The notes under the pieces were generated by a model. That model was given only the letters and a program-made list of their open reading frames with translations, did no database searches and had not been told where the DNA came from. Made by a program: the position numbers and the translations under genes. From Obrimoposthia wandeli (lineage: Eukaryota), in assembly GCA_977020255.1 (NCBI GenBank), contig CDROCS010000740.1:496001-560000 (forward strand): a DNA stretch of 64,000 nucleotides, read 5' to 3'. Position 1 is the first letter of the stretch. Each line of letters begins with the position of its first letter. Positions 1-12,582 of this stretch are shown here, in pieces.

Positions 1-511
1 AATCAGACATATATTCATGAACAATATAATCAAACGCGAATTTTGCAGTATCACAATTTCGCGCATGTTTACATATGAAAACATTATGAATGAAAGGGTC
101 TTGTGTAATAGTATTGTTTAATAGTGTGGTAATAGTGGATGGAAATGTATAATTAATATATTGATGATGTATGCTACTAGGTAGCCTTATATGTGAATAA
201 AGGATTTCGTTGGCTTGTTTTTTTTCTATTACATAAACCCACTCGGTTGGTATATTTTACAAAACTTGGCGACGAGGATCAAAAAAATATTTAAAGGATT
301 TAAGTTAACGAAAGCGATTATAAGAAGAAAATTGTTATTTGGCCAGTACTGTATTGAAGTATTAATTGTGAGTATATTATTATTTTCACCTACTATTATT
401 ACATTGTTGGATGATACTTAATAGTGATTAAGTAGTTAATATTATTAAATTTGGTAAAATAAATACGTACAAATATTTCATCTATCATTTTGCGCTATCA
501 TTTGACATTGC

Positions 512-960
512 ATGGCTAGGAATAACAATAGTTTTTGCTGTACTATGCCAGCATTGGGAAATAACCCTGGTGCTGATGATTATAAACATATCTTAAGAAT
601 GTTTAGTAATCTTTTAATTATAAATAATGTTAATGAAGTACAAAAACTTCCGTTATTTTTGAATTCATTAGCTAGAGATGGGTTAGACATCTTTGATGAT
701 CTGAAAGAACTCAAAAGTACGTACGAGCATACTATAGTAAGGTTTGAAAAATATTTCAAATAAAGTAGTTTGATCTTCATAGCTCGGAAAAAGTTTAATG
801 AATTGAAGCAATGTGCTAGTGAGACTATAAATGAGTTTACATGAGTGTGCAATGAGTGTGGTTTTGAAAAAATGATCAGGTTAAAGCGAGAGATTATGAA
901 AAGGAATATATGAAAAAGTGAAGTACATGTAAAGAGTTTGTCTCTGGAGACAAAGTGATA
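512..960 (+). mobile_element. Gypsy-type LTR retrotransposon gag remnant (stops)
   Basis: ORF 512-763 and its read-through give KLPLFLNSLARDGLDIFDDL..TYEHTIVRFEKYFK*SSLIFIARKKFNELKQCASETINEFT*VCNECGF. This follows the retrotransposon gag pattern (L..GL.I+..L..Y..F..YF..R..F..+.Q..E.I.EF....C.F). Confidence 0.7.
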
Positions 961-1289
961 GTAACATTCAGGAAACAACATATGTCTATTATGGGGTAAT
1001 TTTGAGGAGAATTAGAAATTATTCATGGCTTATAATGTTAAATGATAGTGGCAGGCGAGATGTTAGTTAATCAACATTTTATCCATGAGTTAAAATGTTA
1101 AATATTTATTAAATATTGAATAATGAGAATAAATCAAAGGATAATTGATTAATATCTTGATAGAGTGGTGAATAATGAAAGTAAGCATTCTATCACGATG
1201 TTCATTGATTGCAATGTAAATAACAATGTATAAAGTAAGCAATCGTAATAAAATCGGCAAGAGATGTTGTGTAATATAATTGTTTAATA

Positions 1290-3495
1290 AGTAGGGAGAT
1301 GTGATGACTTCGACTCAAGGCAATAGGTCCCTCCCAGAGGAAAGATTCTCCCGAGTGCGTCAAGGTCATTCTTTTGTTTAAAAGCATCAATATTTGTGCG
1401 AGCCAAATTCTAATTTTCAAGGTCAAAATTTTCAAAATATTATTTTTGGCGTATTTTGAAATATTTTTGAAAAATGATTTTTGTTTAAATTTTCAAAATT
1501 TTCAAAAAACATAAAATTTCAAATAACTTGAAATTTTAAAAAACTCAAAATTTTTAGAAAACTCAATATTTTCAAATAACTTGAAATTTTCTAAAAACTC
1601 AAAAATTAAAAAAAAAATTTAAAAATTTAAAAAAAAATTTAAAAATTTAAAAAAAAATTTTAAAAACTTATTTAAATATTTATATTTTGTATTACTTTTA
1701 TTCACAAGTAACAAATATTTATAAAAATTGAATCTTGGTGTTTTATAATATTATCCAAAGGAAACTTATCCTCATTATAATCCTTCATCCTTCATCTCAT
1801 CAATGCGATCATTTATCGTAATCCTTCATATTGTCTTCATTATAATCCGATCTCTAATCTTCATTGTCGCAATCTCTCATCTTTCATCTCATCATCTTCA
1901 TTGTCACAATCCTTCATCCTTCATTAACATAATCCTTCATCCTCCATCGTAATCATACCTCCTCATCTTGTCTTCATCATAATATAGCATCTAATCTTCA
2001 TTATCCCTATCCTTCATCTTATCAATGTAATCCTTCACAAACTAGATGTTCATGTCATTTATGATATTTAGATGATTCTAAAAGAATAAGCATAAGTCTG
2101 TCTTAAAAGAAAATTATGAGATGTTCAAGTAATTAGTGATATTTTACGAGATGTTCAGGGAAATTTGCGATATTTATTAGATTTAATGAGATTTCAGAAG
2201 AGAAAATATATCCTGTAAAGGGTTCAGAGAGAGATTTGAAAAGTTTCAGAAGAAGAAATTAGTGGGTTTTTGAAGCAAATTTAAGCATAGATATTAACAC
2301 CTTAGAAGGATTTTAGAAGGGAAAATGACATAGAAGACAAATTGTTGGTTTAAAAGTGATGTTACCCAGAGGGTTCTGGAAGATAAATTTACAATATTTT
2401 GGTGGTTACGAAGCAATTTCAGGAAATGTATGATATTTAGAGGATATGGGAAACAGAAATTAACAAGGAAATTTGTGATATTTAGAAGATTTAATTAGAG
2501 TATTGGTTTTAGAAGAGAAAATATAGAAAGGGGAGAGGGAATTAACAGGGGGCGATGGTTTCAGAAGAAGAAATTAAACAGATAAAAGAGTTTTACAAGA
2601 TAATTTAGCGGTATGCTCAAGAGGTTTCAGAAGAGGGAATATATGCTTAAAATAGGTTTACAGGAGAATTTAATGGGGGTATTGGTTTCAGAAGAGAAAA
2701 TATAGAAAGGAGGGTCTCAGAGAGGGAATTAAAGGGGGAGTCCATGGGTTTCCGTAGATAATTTATAGTCTTAAAATGGGGTTCAGATGGGAATTTACCC
2801 AGATGGTTCTAGAAGAGGGAATTAGGGGTTTTAGAAGCAAATTTAAGCATAGATATTAACAATTTAGCAAGAGTTTAGAAGAGAAAATGATATAGAAGAA
2901 AAATACACGGTTCGGATGAGATATTACCTAGATGCTTCTAGAAGAGAAAATGATGATACGTAGGTGGTTAAGAAGTAAATTCAGGAAATGTATGATATTT
3001 AGAAGATATGGGTAATATAAATTTATAAGGTGTTCCGGAAATTTGTGATATTTAGGTTTATTTAAGCATTGATGAATAGCTAATTTTCTTCTACTTAATC
3101 CCCTCAACCACCACGAAATTATCATTTTCTTAATCCCCATATTATTCTTCCCTTCTTAGAAAAGAAATTATGTGTTATTTTATGATATTCTAAGATGCCA
3201 TTGCCCAAATACTTATCTTTATCGGTATTTTATCATAAAGATGGGATAAATGATTCGAATCAATAATTTCGCTGTAACTTGCTCTGACATAATTCCACTA
3301 TTAAGTCGCAGTAATTTAGGTAAAGATAATCAGAGTATGTTTCGGTTAGTATTAGCAAAAAAAGAGTCTACCTTTTATGGTAATTTTGAAATATCATTTC
3401 CACATACTTGATAAATGATTTATAGTATAACTCTGAAATTGATCCAAGACCGTTGAAGTATTAGTTATATCTAAATATTCTGTCTTTATTTGACA
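1290..3495 (+). mobile_element. Polinton/Maverick terminus (tip type A) with subterminal repeat region
   Basis: Starts AGTAGGGAGATGTGATGACTTCGACTCAAGGCAATAGGTC, near-identical to 18760. It is followed by A/T tracts, a TCA-rich block and a purine-rich degenerate repeat. 1670-2140 and 3075-3495 align by eye to 15225-15960 and 16665-17010. Confidence 0.65.
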
Positions 3496-4929
3496 TTAAT
3501 GATATATCTACAAAATTTACGATCAAGAAAAATCATCGTCAAGCACATGTTTGATCTTAGAGGTATATCTCATTAGAGAAGTTAACATTATTAAAATAAA
3601 GTTTATAAGGCATACGATTGATCAGGAGCTTCAGGCAGATTCAAGAAGTCGTAGCTAGCTGATTCACACGAAGGAGAAAAACGCGGCGAAATGAGTTATC
3701 TAGGAACCAGTATAAATTGCTTCATTGTTCCGACTTTGTGTAATGTGTAATGTATAAAATATAAACATGATTAGGAACGTGCGAATGTATTGCTAGGCAA
3801 ATAAGGGATTTTCTAAGCGAAGCTAGATAAACTCAACTGCGTCGCTTTTCAATTCATCGTATACCTTCGATGTAGGAAAACTGCATCATTTTAAATGGTA
3901 CTGTTAATCTTGAAGGATTGCGATCACTTACCGAACGAGTAGTTAAACATATAACAAATCTACACACACGAATTATTCAAAATTAACAAATAGTGACATA
4001 CAATTTAAAAATATAATACATTATGGAGCTGCAATTTATCGTTCGTAGATTGTTTTCCTTTCAATTGTAATAAAAAACATGTCCACCAAAAATTTCAATG
4101 TATTATTTTTACTGTGATGCGATGTAGCTCAATACAAAATTTTAATTAAACGCAAAATTTGCATGCTTTACTTCTTACTTCGTTTATCATTAAACCCAAG
4201 TGGATAAGTCTTCATTGTACTCTTTGATACTTCATTTGTTACCTTTTGTTGTCTGGATTCATCAACTTTGGAGGGTTTTGAGTTGCTTTCAGAGTTCGGA
4301 GCGGATTCCTCCTTAATAGGATCTTTGTCTATCATTCAATAAATATTTAATAGATTTACACATCAATAATAAACAATACATACAATTATAATAATAAATA
4401 GTTAAAATCCTGAAACAAAATTCATTAATTGACACAAGAATAAATACTATAATTCAAAATTATTTTCAGTGGATTGTACAATTTGTAACTGAAGTAATAC
4501 CTTTTTTTAATGTAAACAATATGCTTGAATAACTGATGATATTTTATATTTTTAAAAATTCTAAATATTTAAAGTAAAATATCTATGAAAACAGAAACAA
4601 AACATTTAAAATGTGAACGATCTTTTGTAAAAATTAGCAAAAAATATATTACTTTTAATTTGAGTCAGACGATTTCAAGTTACCACAAATAGATTATGTG
4701 GGTGGTTTATATGTCATTCATAACTAAACCAACTTGTAATTACACAGCTTGTTTATTGTAACCAGAAGAGTAATAAGCAATGAAACGACTCTCAAAACTG
4801 TTTTTGGACATACTTTTAAGTTTATTTAAATAAATAGTGACTTATTTAATAATATAAAACATACAAATTAAATATTTAAAAGGACGTTAATATCTAATAA
4901 ATATATGACTTTTTTCTCAAAAGTACTTC

Positions 4930-5042
4930 CTGTTTTCCACAATTCTTCGTAATATTTTCTGAATAGTAAAAGTCTTTAGTTGCTTTTTGAAAACTTCAGC
5001 ATTTTTGCAGTTTCTTATATCCTTCGGTAAATTGTTGTCAAG
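4930..5042 (-). mobile_element. Non-LTR (LINE) ORF2 3' end fragment
   Basis: Minus strand reads DNNLPKDIRNCKNAEVFKKQLK, the usual N.LP..IR....FK..LK end of LINE RT. A related copy lies on + at about 42780. Confidence 0.55.
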
Positions 5043-5339
5043 GTTCAGAGGAGAAATTTAAAATAACCATTATTATGTTTATTATTTAACAATTTAAATG
5101 AGATTTGGCCGCTCTTCCATACTATTCAAGAAATATGCGTTTGACCGAATTATATAATTGTATATGAGCTCAAATGTGCTACATATTCTTTATGAATGAA
5201 AATTAAAACTTTTAACACTATATTCTCATTTATTCTAATAGGATCACCAGGTTTCCATTTATGACTTGATATAGGTGGTATAATTTCTGTATTAAATTCA
5301 TAATTACTGGTTTTCGTGTATTAGCTTCTGTTGATATAC

Positions 5340-5605
5340 AAAGCAGCTATAAGAGAAATATCTGTTCTCACGCATAAATCATCAGAACATTCCTGTGTGA
5401 AATCAAGAAACAAATAAACATGGGGCATGGATATTGATACAAATCAATGAAATATGTTCTATTAAATATTTTCTAGCTTGTCATGCAACAACATCAATAA
5501 CGGCCTGATCTCTTGAATTCATGAATAAAATGGTAATGAACGATAAAATTTTCAGTTCGATTTTATCCACCTTATTTTTTACGTAATGATACTGGTCTAA
5601 CCCAT
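5340..5605 (-). pseudogene. Polinton-type packaging ATPase (FtsK/A32-like), C-terminal remnant
   Basis: Minus strand ITILFMNSRDQAVIDVVA*Q, then a frameshift, then PHVYLFLDFTQECSDDLCVRTDI. These match the Polinton ATPase motifs LFKNPRD..QI..LARQ and P+.YL++DL.Q......RT.I. Confidence 0.6.
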
Positions 5606-5789
5606 TGATCCCTAAAATCTTCATTTATAACATCCATATAAGAATATCGAACTCATCTAATCCTATTAATGTCAACATTTCGCCATACATAATGCGTAAT
5701 ATATTTAGTAGTAATAACAAAACGTTTACATAAATCAATATTATGTGTATACCAAAAGTAAAATATCTGACAAGATAAGCATAAATTGA

Positions 5790-6165
5790 AGGATCATAGT
5801 CAAAATCAGGTAATCCAAGAATAACGACTTTGTCACTTCTAAATACATTGACATATTGAGGATTGTACTTGAGACATCTAACTGCTGGAAATATTTCTGG
5901 ATCAAGCATATAATTGGTACTTGTAATAACTCGACGAGAATGACTGTTTTATTCAGGTCTGAAGATACTGTGACTGATTGAATACAATAAACGGATATTC
6001 TAAATGGATACTCTATAAGTTCAGAACATAGTGGTGACTTGCAACCCCTTATCCTGCAATTTCTTAATGGATTTTAAATAAACAAATTAAATAGTAATCA
6101 CCTGATCTGAAAATAACAAGTGTATAAACTTTACACTTGTAAACTTGTTGGTATGGTATACCACG
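5790..6165 (-). pseudogene. TATA-binding-protein (TBP)-like gene remnant
   Basis: Across frameshifts the minus strand gives KVYTLVIFRSG, IQSVTVSSDLNKTV and DPEIFPAVRCLKYNPQYVNVFRSDKVVILG. These resemble the two TBP repeats (LIF.SGK; QN+V.S.D; YEPELFPGL...LIF.SGK+V+TG). No introns are evident. Confidence 0.6.
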
Positions 6166-7229
6166 TTTAAAAGATAAGTTTAACTAACATTTTTTATTTG
6201 ATATGAGGAGATCATTAGCCACCCAAGAGGAAGAACACATGCATATACGCATACATGTACATACTATTAGGATTCAGCCAATCAGAGACAAACAAAAATA
6301 TGTATGTACTTGACACTTTCAGTTGATAGTTTATAATTATAAAGATGTCGTTTGAAACACATACACTATTTTACGATAAATAAGAAGGCATCAACTATGA
6401 ATTCTGTGAACCCATTATGTATTAAAGTTTGCAGACGAATTACCTGAAGATGTCAATCACTTATGAATTCATTTGGTCAACACTAATCAAGACCAAATTT
6501 GACAACAAAATCTCTTAGTTAAAACAAACTGATGTTAATAGTATGAATAAAATATTCAACAAGATGAATAGCTTCGTCTTAATCGACAATAATATCTAAA
6601 TTCGAGGAGGTGCTGTTATATTTGAGGAATATCACGATTTCACGATATACAAGTTTGATACAGGATAGAGATGAATTTAAATATTATAACTCAAGCATTC
6701 TAGATTAACAAAGCAGCAGTACAGTTTTTTTGATAATTAAATTTAGTTTACAGTTTATGGTTGCTTTTAAATATAAACAAAAGCGTAAATATTTCATCGA
6801 TAATCCTAGACAGTTTAACTCACACAAAGTCATAGCTATATATATATAAACTAGCCAAATTACACAATTTTTCAAACAAAAATAACTTTTTTTTACTTGT
6901 GAGACGAAATAGAAACATTTTTGAAAACCATTTTTGAGTTGTATTAAGAAGAAAATTTGGAAAAATTAAAAAGCAAAACATTTTAATAGAAATAAATGGG
7001 ATAAAAATAAATGGGATAAAAAATTTTAGTTAAAAAATCTTGAAATCCAGTTTCTCCAGAGTACATGTCTCGAAATTTGGTTTCTACCTAGTATACGATG
7101 AGCATTAATCATACATTAGTAAAGTGTTCTCTTCAGCAATTGACTCAACACTCTCGAACCTTGGCTCCTTGAACCACTTTCTAAGTGAGCGTTTTAGCTG
7201 ACAAGAAGACAAAGTCCAAATATTGACCT

Positions 7230-8130
7230 CATGTCTGCTAAAAAGTGTTCTTTCTAGCTCTTGATTCGGTTGGCTATGTTGTAAGAATGGGATATAAAGT
7301 ACAATTTATACTACTGTTATTCGATCAAATCCGTAATGGGGTTTCTTATGGTGGAATTTAATATATACATCGCTGATATATGTAGCTGAAAAACATATGA
7401 TTCAATCAATTCTCTAGAAACCAGGAAATCTTTTTTAGATCATAATAGAGATGCAGCAAGGTATTGACCCGGCTCATCACATAGGGTCTATGATTTCAAG
7501 TCTTATTTGGACTAATGTTTCCGAAATGCATTTCATTCCTACTTTACATTCACTGGGAAGGGTGGCTGTTGCACCTAAATCTTTCATGATGGACCTGAAA
7601 CGCAAACAAGTTTTGCTAAACAACCCGCTGTTCGTACCCATATTCCAACTGGAAAATTAGTGATTATCTGACCACACAAGGTTCTGAAAGGTCTAGGAGC
7701 TTATTATTTCATTTCCGTATTAATACTTAGCCCAAATTCTTCTCTATTCTCAGTCCCTACACTCGACATTCTGTCTAATGCTCCTGGAGTTTAGTGTCTA
7801 GTTCAAAATTTTGGAGATGGCTTTTCAAGGTAGCAGGATTAACTACATTGGCATTGATTATGATGTAATCTATATTTTACATCGTTCTCATTTTAATTGT
7901 TATTCGTAGTAGAACTTAGAGACAAAACTCAAGTATTAGCATCATGAACTACTTGACATTTCCTTAACGATTTGTCTTGGTGAATTTTTGGAAATTCCGT
8001 ATTTAAATTTAATAGGGCACTTTTATCGATTCTAATATAAGTTCATAGCAAATAGTACTACCTGCACTATGACTTTGTTTACATCATTGAGCTCTCTAAA
8101 GTCCCATAAATTGCCGCATATCATTTACTA
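7230..8130 (-). mobile_element. Gypsy LTR retrotransposon pol remnant (RT-RNase H), heavily decayed
   Basis: Minus-strand fragments WDFRELN, IINANVVNPATLKSHLQNFELDTKLQE..CRV*GLRI, RTLCGQIITNFPVGIWVRTAG, TLCDEPGQYLA and YKLYFISHSYNIANRI occur in RT then RNase H order, with many stops. Confidence 0.65.
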
Positions 8131-8189
8131 AAATCAGAATAAACTTTCAGTAAACAAGTATATACAACATTATATAAAACATATTTTAA

Positions 8190-8438
8190 TTAATGAGATA
8201 TTTCACTTAGCTTCTTTAAGTTTAATTCTATTTTTGATGTTGCACATCTTAGCTGATTTTCTAAATTCTCATTAGTTAAATAAGCACAAAATGTATTTAT
8301 TGTGTATTTCATTTTCGATAAAAAAAACCGTTTCTTAAACATAAGCACTTCCAATCTTGGTGAAAAATATCTTAAATTTGAGAATTTTTTCAGCATTGAT
8401 CTAAGTTTCATGAAGAAATATTTTAGATGTTGTTTCAA
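8190..8438 (-). mobile_element. hAT transposase C-terminal (dimerisation domain) remnant
   Basis: ORF ends FLSKMKYTINTFCAYLTNENLENQLRCATSKIELNLKKL, matching the hAT C-terminal FS.M...K...RS.L.DE.L...LR.A.S.I.P pattern. Confidence 0.55.
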
Positions 8439-9537
8439 AAGTGCGTTTCAAATCATTGTGGAATTCTAATTCTTTCAAAAACGTCAATATCAAAAGGAAA
8501 GGATAATACTTCAAAATATTAATTAGAAACTACTATGAAAGGCAGCTGTGAGATTTAACAAAATTTAATCAGCGGATAATAACACAATCATTTTGTATAA
8601 AGTGGGCTGATCAAGCCTGTTTTAGATTAAAAAGTGTTGAAGGACGGGAATTTAACAGGTTTAAAATTTAAATGAAACAATACATATAGCACATCCGAAT
8701 TTATTAATTAAGTGTACTTTAAGGTAATTTGTATTAATTTGGAAATAGGCAAGTATTTAGGGAATTTGTGTAAAAAAATTATATAATTGTACAATGTTTA
8801 CTTTTATATTATTTATATCCACATTGTGTTACACAACTTTCTAATGCACATAAATATCCAGTTACAAGTATTCAAATATAATACTTTCGTGTTTAATTTT
8901 ACTTTTCTATAACATTATTGTCGTAAGAATTTTTCAATGGATTTTAAAATTAAAAACCACTTCAAAAAAATTAATGTTTAAAAATATACTTATTGATATT
9001 CAAATTGAACATATTTTGTCGTTTAAAATACTTTTTTAATTTAAAATATTATGATTAAAATATTTATTTTCAAACTGACTATAAGATATTATTGTAGAGT
9101 TTTTTTACACCGAAACTCATGATATCAAAAATTAAAATTCACTCTTTTATAACTCCAAAATTATTCTATTTTTTGTCTTCAAATAACGAAAATGAAAATT
9201 TCTTTTAGTAAGCTTTATTAATAATAAAATTAGAACACGATATTAAAAACTAGGTGATCAACGAATGTGACAGTTCAAACATATTTAATAATCTACTGCA
9301 TAGATTAATACTATGATGACTACGAAGGTGACGAATAAATTACTTTGATTTCCTCATACCCATGTCACTTTGGAATCCTTATGTTCTGAGATGCCGTTCG
9401 GTTCCTTTCAGTTTTATTTGTACAATATAAAATGGGCATTTTACTTTGATTATATGATAATTTTGATTCCAAACAAAAATTAGGAGTGGTGGGGATAATT
9501 GTTAGTTTCTTATTTGTACTATACGATTTTTTTTGAA

Positions 9538-9830
9538 TATACCCTGTTTTCGCGCTATTAGCCGCACCACGTTGATTAAGCCGCGGCTAATTATCGAGTA
9601 AAATTTAATTTATTTTAATTATGAATTTGTCTATATATTTAAATTAATAAATTTACGCTGATGTAAAATTAATAACTACAGGTCATGAGAAATCTTGTTT
9701 TACAGTTGTTCTCTCGATTTTGGCTGATGGTACCAAATTAACACCTTATGTAATTTTTAAACGAAAACTTTTCCTAAGGGAAACTTCCTCAAAAACGTCA
9801 TAATTTCGGCAAATGAAAAAAGTTGGGTTT
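9538..9830 (+). mobile_element. pogo-family DNA transposon remnant (left TIR plus DDE_1 fragment)
   Basis: TA-CCCTGTTTTCGCGCTATTAGCCGCACC is a pogo-like TIR. It is followed by TGHEKSCFTVVLSILADGTKLTPYVIFKRK..GNF..NVIISANEKSW. Confidence 0.75.
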
Positions 9831-10738
9831 TTTCTTCAGAAATAGAATTGTGGTGGGATAAAGTTTGGATTAAAAGAACTGGATCTTTTTTCAACAAGAA
9901 ATGTAATTGATGCAATTTTAATAAAACATACCTTGATCGACTTGGGATTAATTTTTCTTTAAAATCATGTTTGATTTATCAACGTACGATTTTGATTCCC
10001 TATATAATCCTCTTTAAATTTTAAAATTTTTGACAAAAAATGACATTTTTATGATTTTTTCACACCACAGTTGCAGAACTTTCAATCATACATGGTAAAA
10101 TAGTATGGAATTTTCTTTCTAGATATAGTTCAGATTCTCAATTAAGATAATCGTTTGCAATCTTATTCTCAAAATATGAATTTTACATGAATTTAATTAA
10201 TATCGAGTTTTATTGCACATAAATGGGTGACTTTTTTAAACTAATACATACAAAAAACTGACTGATATGTTGTAATAAGTTTTGCACGGTATTTTATTTA
10301 ATTTTTCGATATTTGTAAATTCCAAATTTTGACACTAACGTTTTTAAAAGCATCCGTATCAATATTCAGATAATATCATTTTAACACTATATGTTTTAAA
10401 TGTGCCAACTGGTTTGCTTCATGAATACAAATTCCAGTTACTCCAACTTATTTAAAATAGTAATTTAATTCAATTTATAATTTCGAGAGTAATAGAACTT
10501 CACCAACGATTTTCAAGGGATATTTAACGATACTTAGAGATCAGAAGGTCTATTAAATATGTTTATTTTAAGTTACTTTTTTATCAAATGAAAGCTAACT
10601 CAATTTTAACCGAATAAAAGAAAAGAATCTACTGTAAAACGAAAACTTCATTTTATTTCTGATGCACCGGCGTTATCATCACCAGCTAAAATGTTTGTGA
10701 GAAAATGATTTGAAAGTCCACAATAGTTGGCAATTGAT

Positions 10739-11323
10739 TTAATCAAATTGATTGGCTAGAAGAATTGGCAACCCCTTCATCAGTCCAGGAGACGGCGCTT
10801 CTAGTGGGCGGCTGTACTCTCTGATGAGCTTCACCAGCCGGAAGAGATATGGGTCAAGAGATTCAGCTCCCTGGTGAATGACAACTTCAGTCAGCATAAA
10901 ATCAGCAATATTCGAGACATACTCCGAGTTGGAACCACAGAATCCCCTGGCTCTGGCGATTTGGCAGGCCTGGATGATCACCGAAGTATTCATCAAACTC
11001 AACTAAAAACTTGTCAACTGCAAGCAATTAGCTTTGGATTTGAAACAAAATATCACCATTACCTGCTTTTCCAGTGACGCCTTCCCGATGAATTGTTTGC
11101 TTGCACAGTCAGCAACGTAGACACACATCTGCACCGGAGCCATGTCCGGCGACTCCGGATAGAATATCGTCTTGTCAAAATGATATCCTCCTGTGACCAT
11201 TTCCCGTTCCACCAGATGTTTCAAGGCCGCCGCAATCTCCGATTCATCGTTCACTGCGTATGCTGTACCCCAGACACGCTCCTCCGAATCGTCGCTTTTC
11301 AGAATCGTCGCAACTCGACCTGG
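10739..11323 (-). CDS. CHAC1: ChaC-family glutathione-specific gamma-glutamylcyclotransferase, last two exons (11323-11063, 10969-10739)
   Basis: Exon A (87 codons, after a TTTTGTAG acceptor) reads PGRVATILKSDDSEERVWGTAYAV..EREMVTGGYHFDKTIFYP..IGKASLEKQ. A 93-nt GT..AG intron (11062-10970) follows. Exon B reads ACQIARARGFCGSNSEYVSNIADFM..DPYLFRLVKLIR..*. The PGRV, VWG.AY, RE..GGY and G.N.EY motifs are ChaC hallmarks. The N-terminal exon was not found; CHAC1 versus CHAC2 is tentative. Confidence 0.9.
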
Positions 11324-11339
11324 CTACAAAACAACAGAG

Positions 11340-12572
11340 CGTCATCTTTTCCAGCCGGGATTCAGCCGGGATTCAGCCGGGATTCAAATAAAATATTATT
11401 TCACTAAGAAATAATTCTCCGATGGAACTGAAATTTGACATGCAATTTGTGATCGATGTCTGGCTACCGTTTCCAAAGTTTCATTCAAAAATATATATTC
11501 CTTCCGGAGATATTCTCCCGCAACCCAGGTTCTACCAGCATTTATACATTTCTGAAACTAAATATCGAAATTTCAATTTCCGGCTCGCGCAACCACCGAA
11601 CACAAACCGCTGAAATTTGGCAAGCAATTTTTGTATAGTGTTCAGGATACTCTAGTCTATGTTTCTGGAATATTTCAATACGGGAAATATTATTTGGCCA
11701 AAGTTTTATCAATGGGGCTTTAAAATGGTCAAAATATGGTACTACAAAGTCCATTTTCGGTGTTTTTTTATTCCAATGGAGCAACATGGATGGCAGTATC
11801 GTGTTCCTGATCATCGATTTAGTATATAAGGAATATAAAAATATGTGATGAAATATATTTGTGGGATCTCGGGAATGAGTTACTCAAAATGTTTATGAAG
11901 TGACAAATTCACCAAACGTTGGACTCAAATTTTCAAATAGACATTTTCAAAATCTTATATTTGGAGATATCCTGTACTTAAGGTATACGGGCTCCCCTCT
12001 AGCGATTGGTGAAGACCGTTTTGTCGGGGCACTCTTGGTTAAGCCTACAGAAGTATCCCAGGTAGGTCAGAAACGGTAACAGGACAATTACCCGCCGGAC
12101 ATTTACCCGCCGGACAATTACCCCCCGGACATTTACCCGCCGGATAATTACCCGCCGGACAATTACCCCCGGACATTTACCCGCCGGACAATTACCTGCC
12201 GGACAATTACCCGACTAGGACAAATACCCGCCGGACAAATACCCCCCGGACAATTACCCGACTAGGACAATTACCCGCCGGACAAATACCCCAAATTGCT
12301 TGCCAAATTTCAGCGGTTTGTGTTCGGTGGTTGTGCGAGCCGGAAATTGAAATTTCGATATTTAGTTTCAGAAATGTATAAATGCTGGTAGAACCTGGGT
12401 TGCAGGAGAATATGTCCGGAAGGAATAAATATTTTTGAATGAAACTTTGGAAACGGTGGCCAGACATCGATCACAAATTGCTTGCCAAATTTCAGTTCAA
12501 TCAGAATTTTATTACTCAGTGAAAAAATGTTTTTGTTGAATCCCGGCTGAATCCCGGCTGGAAAAGATGACG
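11340..12572. mobile_element. Element with about 290-bp inverted repeats (11340-11631 and 12293-12572), MULE/foldback-like
   Basis: The arms are reverse complements (CGTCATCTTTTCCAGCCGGGATTCAGCCGG... and ...CCGGCTGAATCCCGGCTGGAAAAGATGACG). The interior has a short minus-strand coding-like scrap (11632-11815) and a 15-bp array. No TSD is recognisable, so the superfamily is uncertain. Confidence 0.6.
12082..12292 (+). repeat. 15-bp tandem array (GGACAATTACCCGCC, about 14 copies)
   Basis: Direct reading. Variants include GGACATTTACCCGCC, GGACAAATACCCCCC and GGACAATTACCCGACTA. Confidence 0.95.
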
Positions 12573-12582
12573 TAACAATAAT

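Noticed and set aside
7451-7660. Plus-strand 69-aa ORF
   Set aside because: It is antisense to the decayed Gypsy pol.
10874-11414. Plus-strand ORFs 10874-11077, 11093-11407 and 11193-11414
   Set aside because: They are antisense shadows of the GC-rich ChaC exons.
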